NCBI GenBank assembly: GCA_028023455.1
Contig: JAQFVV010000007.1
Span: forward strand, 5,084,001 to 5,148,000
From: Epiperipatus broadwayi
Lineage: Eukaryota; Animalia; Onychophora
Length of the DNA: 64,000 nt
Direction: 5' to 3'
The translations under genes were made by a program, and so were the position numbers. Each line of letters starts with the position of its first letter. Positions within the stretch are counted from its first letter, which is position 1. Below the pieces are notes generated by a model. That model was not told the origin of the DNA, made no database searches, and saw only the letters and a program-made list of their open reading frames with translations. Shown piece after piece: positions 54,546-64,000 of this stretch.

Positions 54546-57453
54546 CGTTGTGTTTAAGCGTGATTATGATGAACAGACTCATAAAAATACCAGTAAATAC
54601 ATTAATTAAAACAAATGCAACCGTTAAACTTCGTCTGATACCGTTGGCGAGTTACAGCGTCTAGTTACTGTGCAACTATTAATGTAATGGACTTCAGCTA
54701 TCCTTCTAGATTTACCTATCACTTCTAGCTTTACCATGACATCTTGTCTCGTGAGTAAGTATAGTGACACTTCTGACTGTTCTGTGACAACTTGACTTGT
54801 GTGTAGGTATGATGACTGTACTGTAATAGCTTGCCTTGTGTCTGATTTAAGTTCTAGCAGCTTTCAGTTCTAACATGAACTTACCTCACTGGCTAATCAT
54901 ATAGCAGACAATATGTGCATAATCGTTCAGGTCTGATAGGAAATTGATGTCTCATTTTATTCCAACTGGACTGGCTATTTATAACCAGATTCTCATACAT
55001 AATGAGAACAATCAGATTCACTGAGCATCATAACTCATTGACTGAATCTGTTATTGAATATATGTTATCTATATATATATTAGTCTGTGTGATGATTTCT
55101 CAATCCAATCAAGGTAAAAATGTAATCTGGATTTACCCATTAGTTGAAAGAAAAGTGCGATATAACATTTTTCCTCCTGGCTAAAATTAGTTGGGGTGAA
55201 TATAATAATTCAGACGCTTTGGTAGATGTCTTCATCGCTTTTTGATTTCATCAGATTCGATAATTTCATTAGCAGGTTTAGTGACTTTGAACTTTTGTAG
55301 ATTTTTTACTACTGGATGATGACTCTTCACTGTTGCCTGATGACTCATCAGTGTAAGATGATGATTCTTTGTAGTTGGGGGTGTATTACTCAATCTTATC
55401 TGGTGTCTGTACCTGTGTGTTGCTGTCCATATGCTGTGTAAACAGCTGCTGTTAGCAATTCTTCTAATTTCATCACAATTGTTGGAATCAATTTGGTGAT
55501 TCCCCTGTACATATAGTATGGGACTTGAGCATGTATCTTCATTTTAGCACTTTTATTTTTATGGATTGTCTAGGATTCAAACCCAATTTATTATCAACAA
55601 CCTCTGAGTAAACTCTAATATATTTATTTTTTGTGAGATGGTTAAGTTTAGTCACTGTAAAGTCCAAGTATTTTAAGCAGTTGTGGCCTAAGAAATTGCT
55701 ATGCTTACAAGCAGACACTACAACAGGCAAATTTTTTCTTTATTAAGCTTATTGACTTTATCTCTAGTTTGACTCAAAAGCAATATTTTATTGCTTTATA
55801 GTAACTCCTGATAGAATACAAGAGATAATTATTTTTTCTAATAATAATAACCCATGTACTTTTTGACACAATGGACACTGCAGACTCAATATCCAGTTTC
55901 ATTATTTGTTTATTATTAGTAATAAAATTTATTTTTGAAAGCTGAATCAATACCTCTCAAAGTGATTGATTTTATTTGATTTTGCATTGCTCTTTCAGCT
56001 TTTTGGAATAGACCTTTCCATTTTTTTCTGAGTTCTTTTTTTTTTTCTTTTTAAAATAAGCAGTTTTTATGTGATCAACATGCTTACAATATCTACATGC
56101 TGTATCCCAGTATAGATTTTTGGTGTTTGCATGTTTTGTTTTGTCATATCTATAACAAAGTTTTTTTTTTGTCAATTTATTTGGGCAGTTTTTTATTTAT
56201 TGTTGTTTGGCCCAGTTTCTTAATTGACATATTTAATACAGTAGGCCATTTTCTTAAATGGAATCACTTGACTCTTCTTGACTCAGCTAGAGTTTCCTGA
56301 GATGCAAGTGAATCAAAGATTATGATCCATCAACATCTTAATGTTAAGATTGTATGTAGTCCTTCATTTCATAAATGAAACCATCTCTCAGCACTTCATT
56401 GTGGAAGTAGTTCTGAACTAACTTTATGAGTTTAATGGCAAAATCTCATGGTTTTTCACTCTTTGCTTGTGAGATAGAAATGATATCTCTACATTATTAT
56501 TAACAGTTAAGAGCAGAAAAAGTTTGACAGTAAAAATAGTGCTTTATCAAAATCAAGGTTTGCAGAAATATTGGGGAGCTGCATGTGATTGTAATATCTC
56601 ACATGTCTGAAATCCATATACAGACACAGATGTCAATAATTTTATCAGGATTTTTGATTTGATTAGCTTGCATGTAGCAAATCATTTGGATTCATATAGG
56701 GTGGTTAATTTTTATGATTTGCTTTTTCTGCCATGAGAGAGAAAAAAAATTCTTACATAATCACTCTAATTTCTATTGATATGCTAATAATGTTAGCTGT
56801 CAATTTTTAATAACACAGATCTATTCAACCCATGTATTTAATGACAAATATCTAAACAATAATGGAAGTAAGATCCTGTTATGACTGTGTCAAACTGTTG
56901 TTTCTGTGTGATTATAATAAACACAGACTTGTATTTTTATGATAAATATATGATTAATTAAAACAAATATACAAATATGTGTTTATAATATTGACAAGGT
57001 ACAGTATCTAGTTTCTATATAAATATTAATGTAAGAGATTTCAAATATTCTTCTAAATTTACCTATCACTTCCAGATGTACACCTCATGAATAGATATGA
57101 TGACCTTTTCTGTATGACAGCTTGCCTTGATCCTGATTTAGGATCTAGAAGCTTCCAGTTCTTATGTGAATTGGCCTCACTGCTTTAACTGTACAAGATG
57201 TGTACTGCCATTGAGGTCTGACAATATATTGCTATTTCACTTTACTCCCAACTTGACTGAGTTAATCAGATACATATCTATGGTGAGAACAGATGGATTT
57301 ACTGAGCATCATCAATCATTGGTCTGAATCTATTGTTGGACATATGTTATTTAGCCTTATATCTATTGGTCTATGGCAATGAATTTTCACTCCAATCAAG
57401 ATGACATGGAATCTGGACTAGTCCATTAGTTGAAGATAAGGTGAGATATAACA
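54546..57453 (-). mobile_element. Non-autonomous Gypsy copy 4, structurally complete (~2.9 kb)
   Basis: LTRs 57453-56896 and 55167-54546 both start TGTTATATC. PBS remnant TGACACAGTCATAACAGGATC. PPT CCAGGAGGAAAA. Flanks AGTTG / AGTTA (5-bp TSD, 4/5). gag and YSEVVDNKLGLNP are homologous to copies 1-3. Confidence 0.85.
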
Positions 57454-57626
57454 AGTTATAAAACAAAATTTATAATGAATGGAAAAACTATCAAAATAAT
57501 TTGAAATTTTTAAAAAGAATATTGTCACTTTTAATTCAATTACATCACTAGCAATTTTGAACCAGTGTTCTGCTTTCTGTTTTCAGTTTTCCAAACATTA
57601 ATTTACAGAAGTATATATCTAATATA

Positions 57627-57725
57627 TATAGGGGATTTGAACTCAGACTTTTACATGATCCTCAACCATCCATGCTATCTCATACTGTTGATATACTTGA
57701 TCACACACATGTCAAAACGATAATA
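57627..57725 (-). repeat. Family B tail fragment with tRNA-like A/B boxes
   Basis: Minus strand GAGATAGCATGGATGGTTGAGG then GAGTTCAAATCCCCT matches 24538-24590. Confidence 0.7.
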
Positions 57726-58044
57726 AATTTTTGAAAAAAATTATATTTTAAAGGCCTATTTTTTTCAGCATTTGAAAATGAAAATCTAAAGGTAAATTTA
57801 AAAGCAAAAGTAGTGACTTTTGCTTTGAGAATCAGTATTGCTAAACAAAATAATAATTTCTGTTAAATGTGGAATTACCTTTCCATTAACAATTTTTAGT
57901 GGAATAAAGTTTGGGTTTGCTTTGTGATTTTATTTAGATTTTGTTTTGTCTTTAATTGTTTTGTTTCCTAGTTTATAATATTATCCCTATCATAGCAGGT
58001 TTTATCAACTTTCTATATTCATTGATATTTTGAAAAAGTAAATA

Positions 58045-58240
58045 TCATCATCATCATCATTGTCAAATATTGTCGGTCCACTACAGGATGAGAGTCTCTC
58101 CAAGTTCAATTCATCTTCTCTGATCTCTAGCTTCCTTCCTCCACATAATTCCTGCACACTTTTATTATTTCATCCATACATCTCACATGTTGTCTCTTTC
58201 TAGGTCATTTGAAATTTTTTGGAATCCCATTTAAAATTAA
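58045..58240 (-). mobile_element. RTE LINE 3' stub
   Basis: (TCA)n tail and RTE 3' homology. Confidence 0.85.
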
Positions 58241-58623
58241 TAAGGACCATGATTTATTTTTGTCTGTCATGATTGTAAATATCTATTAGAAAAAAAAAAT
58301 CATTTACACATACGTACATTCTGTCTTAAAAACTAAACTGATATTTTTTTAAGAACTATCAGGCAGCTGAGAAAAAGGCCATGGTGTTTCTTGATCTTAA
58401 ACTCAGGGATAAAAATCAATAAACTCACCATACTGGCTAATGCATGTTGGTGAGCAGCCCATCTTTGTTTGTATGCTCTATGAATAATCACATAGTAATA
58501 ATTTATTGTTTATATAATTTATCTTTGGATATAAATCCATGAATTTATTGAACTAATAAATTATTTATTATTTTATATAAGTTTCTCATTGTATTAGATC
58601 TATTTTACCAGTTCTTATACATC

Positions 58624-59010
58624 TGAGACTTGGACACTTAGCATAAAAAACATATAAAGAATTGAGACCATTCAATAATGTATGAAAGATGTAAGTTAGG
58701 AATAACAAGAAAAGATCAAAAACAAAATATATGGTTGAAAGAACAACCAGGTATTTTTGCCATCATTCAAAAAAATTAAGACAGTGAAATATTGCTAGAA
58801 GAGTTGATAAATAGAAGGACAGTTGACGTGTTAAACTGTTTATCCCAAGAGATTGTGAAACCTTACAAAGAGACTATATATGAAATGGTTGCATGAAATA
58901 TAAAAGTTTGCTAGTGTCATGTAGAGGAGAGAAGTTAAGAGATTGAAGGAACTAAATTAAGCTTATAGAGACATTCATCTTGCAGTGGATTAATAAGTGA
59001 AAATGATATG
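58624..59010 (+). mobile_element. RTE LINE 3' stub
   Basis: Homologous to 40965-41350 (ETWTL through CAGTGGATT). Confidence 0.75.
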
Positions 59011-59640
59011 AGTGCTATGTATACACCATATAGATATATTCACACATTAGTCCATGAATTTCTTAAAGATAAATAAGCATTTAGAATCTGAAGGAATATG
59101 CCACATTCACTATTAATACTCACCATATTGCCTTATAAAAATATTTTTCATTTCTAACTACAAGTACATTGATACTAATCTCACCAACACTAATTATTCT
59201 CTAACCTTTATTGTCTAGTTGATAATAATGAGATACTCATTTATTGACCAGTATTTGGGTTACTTAAAAAGAAATTGTAGTTATATAATTTCTTAAGATT
59301 TCCATTGGCAAACTCAAATCTCATCTAGTGCAATAGCAAGTGGAAATACTAATCACTGTACTATTACTTAACAACATTATATACATAAGTAGTATATAAA
59401 TTAGGGATACATTTTTTATAACTTATCAGTCATACATAATAATGAAGTTTGATAGAGTTGAAAATAACTGCTTGAAAATAAACCTAAAGCATTTCTCAAT
59501 GATTTAGCAAATATTTTACTAGATTTATGAATCAGAGATCAGTAGCCATAATAGAAATATTGCAAAGAAATACCGCATGCAATACGTCAAACAGAGAATA
59601 TTTAATACTTCATTATCATTGTCTTATTACTAATGTCTTT

Positions 59641-60230
59641 TGTTAAAATAGACAAAACTCTCTATAAATATTGCTTCTCAGTGCAAGCCAGAGTAATCAA
59701 TGGATGCAGAAGGCTTGTGCATAAAACCCCCATCTAGTGCCTACTCATCCAATATCCCCAGACTAGTTTTTGCTTGTGACTTTCATCAGTGAGAAGCCTT
59801 GAATCTGAGAGCACTGCACCTAGATCTTAGGATCTAATGCAAACCCTCCAGCAGCCACCTTTTATCTCAACTACAAAACTATGAGACTTAAATTGAAAAC
59901 ATAATATTTTCAATTCAAGCTCATCAGCTTATATAGTTTTATAGTTGAGATAAAAGGTGGCTGCTAGAGAGTTGTGTTAGATCCTAAGATCTAGGTGCAG
60001 TGCTCTCAGATCCAAAGGTTTTCACTGACGAAGGCCACAAGCCAGAAACTAGTCAGGTGATATTGGAAGTGTAGGCACTAGATGGGGATTTTATGCACAA
60101 GCTTTCTGGCATCCATTTATTACCCTGGCTTGCACTGAGTGGCAATACGTATAGAGTTTTGCCTGTTTTAATAACAGTTATAAGCAAGTATAAGAAATGG
60201 TGATCATGTAATGTCTATGTTGACTAGTGG
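59641..60230. repeat. ~590-bp fold-back of hammerhead family C (arms ~59641-59882 and 59933-~60175, plus an unpaired 3' tail)
   Basis: Reverse-complement arms. Hammerhead cores at 60025-60054 (+, CTGACGAAGGCCACAAGCCAGAAACTAGTC) and 59761-59789 (-). Confidence 0.9.
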
Positions 60231-61896
60231 TGTTGTAGAATGACACTAATACCAATTGAACACAGTTTAGTTAGAATCAAAAGTCATTTCATTCTACACA
60301 AAACAATCATAATCCACTCATACATACATTATTAAATATTTTATAAATAGGTATGACAATAATAGTATTTCCAGAAATTAAATCAATGTGACATCTACTA
60401 ACAGTAATAGTATTTGTAACAACATTGTATTATGTCCTTGTTTTTTCTTTTTTAAATGTCTATTAATAAAAGTCAAAATTTATCACACATTCATAAATCT
60501 TTAATAGAATAATTATGAAAATTTTACAAAATATACAACAAAAACATATAGCACATAGCAAGCATTTTCAGTTACCCGTGGGTAATAAAAAAGGTATTAT
60601 ATACTAGCTAAGTTGTGGCTGCTAATGATTTAAAGTTTTTTTAAAATTATTTTTTAGCTAAGAATGACAAATTATTTACTGCTCAAAAAGTGGATTGCTA
60701 GTGATGAAATAATGAATTATTTATCTGTGAATAAAATCCTAAGCCCTCTTGAAACCTGCATACTTCTGGATATGCATAGCAGGTGGATATTAACCATTAT
60801 AACTTGAGTCATTATACATTGTATAACAAAAATTACCTTAAAAACAATGCAAATTGTTTTATGATTAATAAAAATATATAATTAACTGATTGTACAACTT
60901 TAAAAAAATGACTTTTTTGGGAAAAGGTACTGTAATATAGTGAAGCAGTGCATATCTGCATGCAGATATGCTTACTTCATGTTTGTTCAAGCCTCAAAAC
61001 ATTCACCAGCATATGTTATATATTTTTATATATTCACACACTCTAATACATGTGCACATGTGTGTACAATTTAGATGTCTTTAAAAGTTAAGTTATTTAA
61101 ATCACACCATGTTTTAAGAAAAAGAAACTATGGATTTTATTAGAACTTGATCAATTAAGTAATAGAAGTGTAATATATTTCACACAATGGGAGATAGGCC
61201 AGGTAATGGAGACAAGCCATTACTAAAGTTATATAAGTGACTTATTTCCAAATTTGGAGAAATAGTCAGATGAAAGAGTTACAATTTAACACATTTAAGC
61301 ATCTACATATATTTTAAGGTGTAAAATAAGGAATAGAAACAGAAACAGATCAGAAAACCTATGTTGTAGCACAAAGGATTGTGGAAATAAAATTAAAGAT
61401 AGAACATTAATTAGAAAAAAATAAAGTGAAATCTATCAAGAGACGAGATGCACCCCAGGCATATGAGAAGGATATATAAGAGGGGAATGGGGTTTTATTA
61501 TGAATGAGCAGCTTATATCTTGAAAAGTTATTTTAAGTGCTGGCTCTGGCTAAGCATTTATCATAAAGCTTGTAGAGGAATTGGCAATCCTCACTGTTTA
61601 TAACTTACAAGCTTAAGAGATAGGGTCATGTGATCTATGAAATGATCTATGACTTTTATTTTGACTATTTATAGTCTTTGCCAAAAAGTCTTATGCAATT
61701 TTATATTGCTATGACTACTACTATGTGGCATGGCTGAAGATCTATCAGCCCCATATAGCTATTTGAGTTGGATAGCTGGGTTTGAAGACATGTACATGTC
61801 TGAAAATTTCAGATTTTCCACTCAATAGATAACTTTTAGCTAAGTGCTTAGCTTTGGGTTGGTATTTTTAGATCTAGTGTCTGAACCTACCCTGAC

Positions 61897-61939
61897 ACCT
61901 CTCTGAGGAGTGCCAAAGCACGAAACCATGGTCAGGCTT
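61897..61939 (+). ncRNA. Type I hammerhead copy 1 (helix I weakened)
   Basis: Core intact; the 3' strand is AGGCTT instead of AGGGGT, leaving 3 bp. Confidence 0.7.
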
Positions 61940-62323
61940 TGGGGAGGGTTTGACAGAGATATTTTAAGTGCTGTCTGGCTAAGATTTATCATAAAGCTTG
62001 TAGAGGAATTGGCAATCCTCACTGTTTATAACTTACAAGCTTAAGAGATAGGTCATGTGATCTATGAAATGATCTATGACTTTTATTTTGACTATTTATA
62101 GTCTTTGCCAAAAAGTCTTATGCAATTTTATATTGCTATGACTACTACTATGTGGCATGGCTGAAGATCTATCAGCCCCAAATAGCTATTTGAGTTGGAT
62201 AGCTGGGTTTGAAGACATGTACATGTCTGAAAATTTCAGATTTTCCACTCAATAGATAACTTTTAGCTAAGTGCTTAGCTTTGGGTTGGTATTTTTAGAT
62301 CTAGTGTCTGAACCTACCCTGAC

Positions 62324-62366
62324 ACCTCTCTGAGGAGTGCCAAAGCATGAAACCATGGTCAGGGGT
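62324..62366 (+). ncRNA. Type I hammerhead copy 2
   Basis: As copy 4, but helix II closes with G-U (GCAT). Predicted cleavage after 62360. Confidence 0.88.
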
Positions 62367-62758
62367 TTGGGGAGGGGTTCCTGACAGAGATATTTTAAGT
62401 GCTGGCTCTGGCTAAGCATTTATCATAAAGCTTGTAGAGGAATTGGCAATCCTCACTGTTTATAACTTACAAGCTTAAGAGATAGGGTCATGTGATCTAT
62501 GAAATGATCTATGACTTTTATTTTGACTATTTATAGTCTTTGCCAAAAAGTCTTATGCAATTTTATATTGCTATGACTACTACTATGTGGCATGGCTGAA
62601 GATCTATCAGCCCCATATAGCTATTTGAGTTTGATAGCTGGGTTTGAAGACATGTACATGTCTGAAAATTTCAGATTTTCCACTCAATAGATAACTTTTA
62701 GCTAAGTGCTTAGCTTTGGGTTGGTATTTTTAGATCTAGTGTCTGAACCTACCCTGAC

Positions 62759-62810
62759 ACCTCTCTGAGGAGTGCCAAAGCACGAAACCATGGAGCACAC
62801 GGAAGGGTTT
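62759..62810 (+). ncRNA. Type I hammerhead copy 3, cleavage site destroyed
   Basis: CCATGG-TC-AGGGGT is replaced by CCATGG-AGCACACGG-AAGGGT. Confidence 0.8.
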
Positions 62811-63200
62811 GGGGAGGGGTTCCTGACAGAGATATTTTAAGTGCTGGCTCTGGCTAAGCATTTATCATAAAGCTTGTAGAGGAATTGGCAATCCTCACTG
62901 TTTATAACTTACAAGCTTAAGAGATAGGGTCATGTGATCTATGAAATGATCTATGACTTTTATTTTGACTATTTATAGTCTTTGCCAAAAAGTCTTATGC
63001 AATTTTATATTGCTATGACTACTACTATGTGGCATGGCTGAAGATCTATCAGCCCCATATAGCTATTTGAGTTGGATAGCTGGGTTTGAAGACATGTACA
63101 TGTCTGAAAATTTCAGATTTTCCACTCAATAGATAACTTTTAGCTAAGTGCTTAGCTTTGGGTTGGTATTTTTAGATCTAGTGTCTGAACCTACCCTGAC

Positions 63201-63243
63201 ACCTCTCTGAGGAGTGCCAAAGCACGAAACCATGGTCAGGGGT
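63201..63243 (+). ncRNA. Type I hammerhead copy 4, intact
   Basis: ACCUCU-CUGAGGA-GUGC(CAAA)GCAC-GAA-ACCAUGGU-C-AGGGGU. Helix I 6 bp, helix II 4 bp, palindromic helix III, GUC triplet. Predicted cleavage after 63237. Confidence 0.92.
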
Positions 63244-63635
63244 TTGGGGAGGGGTTCCTGACAGAGATATTTTAAGTGCTGGCTCTGGCTAAGCATTTAT
63301 CATAAAGCTTGTAGAGGAATTGGCAATCCTCACTGTTTATAACTTACAAGCTTAAGAGATAGGGTCATGTGATCTATGAAATGATCTATGACTTTTATTT
63401 TGACTATTTATAGTCTTTGCCAAAAAGTCTTATGCAATTTTATATTGCTATGACTACTACTATGTGGCATGGCTGAAGATCTATCAGCCCCATATAGCTA
63501 TTTGAGTTGGATAGCTGGGTTTGAAGACATGTACATGTCTGAAAATTTCAGATTTTCCACTCAATAGATAACTTTTAGCTAAGTGCTTAGCTTTGGGTTG
63601 GTATTTTTAGATCTAGTGTCTGAACCTACCCTGAC

Positions 63636-63678
63636 ACCTCTCTGAGGAGTGCCAAAGCACGAAACCATGGTCAGGGGT
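63636..63678 (+). ncRNA. Type I hammerhead copy 5, intact
   Basis: Identical to copy 4. Predicted cleavage after 63672. Confidence 0.92.
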
Positions 63679-64000
63679 TTGGGGAGGGGTTCCTGACAGA
63701 GATATTTTAAGTGCTGGCTCTGGCTAAGCATTTATCATAAAGCTTGTAGAGGAATTGGCAATCCTCACTGTTTATAACTTACAAGCTTAAGAGATAGGGT
63801 CATGTGATCTATGAAATGATCTATGACTTTTATTTTGACTATTTATAGTCTTTGCCAAAAAGTCTTATGCAATTTTATATTGCTATGACTACTACTATGT
63901 GGCATGGCTGAAGATCTATCAGCCCCATATAGCTATTTGAGTTGGATAGCTGGGTTTGAAGACATGTACATGTCTGAAAATTTCAGATTTTCCACTCAAT

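Larger units (their letters stand above)
61529..64000 (+). repeat. Tandem array of ~435-bp hammerhead-containing units (family A, retrozyme-like), runs off the window end
   Basis: CTGAGGA cores at 61903, 62330, 62765, 63207 and 63642 (spacing 427, 435, 442, 435). Units are nearly identical; the first unit is 5'-truncated. Confidence 0.97.

Noticed and set aside
2866-56300. Most 60-90 aa ORFs in the track
   Set aside because: Low-complexity I/F/K/Y-rich products expected by chance in AT-rich DNA, or antisense shadows of TE ORFs.
59895-59925. CTGATGA-GAAA on the minus strand in the fold-back spacer
   Set aside because: No helix II can form between the motifs.
61724-61795. Pol III A/B boxes in the 435-bp unit (TGGCATGGCTGA and GGTTTGAAGAC)
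   Set aside because: The B-box has two mismatches, and the unit has many T4-T5 runs that would terminate Pol III.
61529-64000. CRISPR array or rDNA/5S repeat
   Set aside because: Units are whole 435-bp repeats with no unique spacers, the context is eukaryotic, and I recognise no rRNA similarity.

Overview
Very AT-rich, CpG-depleted animal genomic DNA (probably arthropod; inferred from repeat content and tRNA-Ser/Lys-type primer binding sites). I could not identify any host protein-coding gene. The window is mostly retroelements. (1) A full-length but disabled 12.5-kb Ty3/Gypsy element with very long (~2.9 kb) LTRs at 49-12585. (2) A Vingi-like LINE at ~16555-23335 (minus), split by two younger insertions. 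(3) Four old copies of a ~3-kb non-autonomous Gypsy family that keeps gag and protease but lacks RT, RNase H and the integrase core. (4) A 5'-truncated RTE LINE plus several RTE 3' stubs. (5) A hAT-type element with an 8-bp TSD. (6) A CpG-rich probable promoter/first exon near 32 kb. The most notable signal is at the RNA level. The window ends in a young tandem array of 435-bp units, most carrying a well-formed type I hammerhead ribozyme (retrozyme-like, predicted to give circular RNA). Four further, sequence-unrelated hammerhead-bearing repeat families lie elsewhere. Three of them form Penelope-style inverted (fold-back) insertions. Two are linked to tRNA-like Pol III boxes (family B, one of the fold-backs, and family E). 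All structures were paired by hand; no folding, alignment or database search was run.
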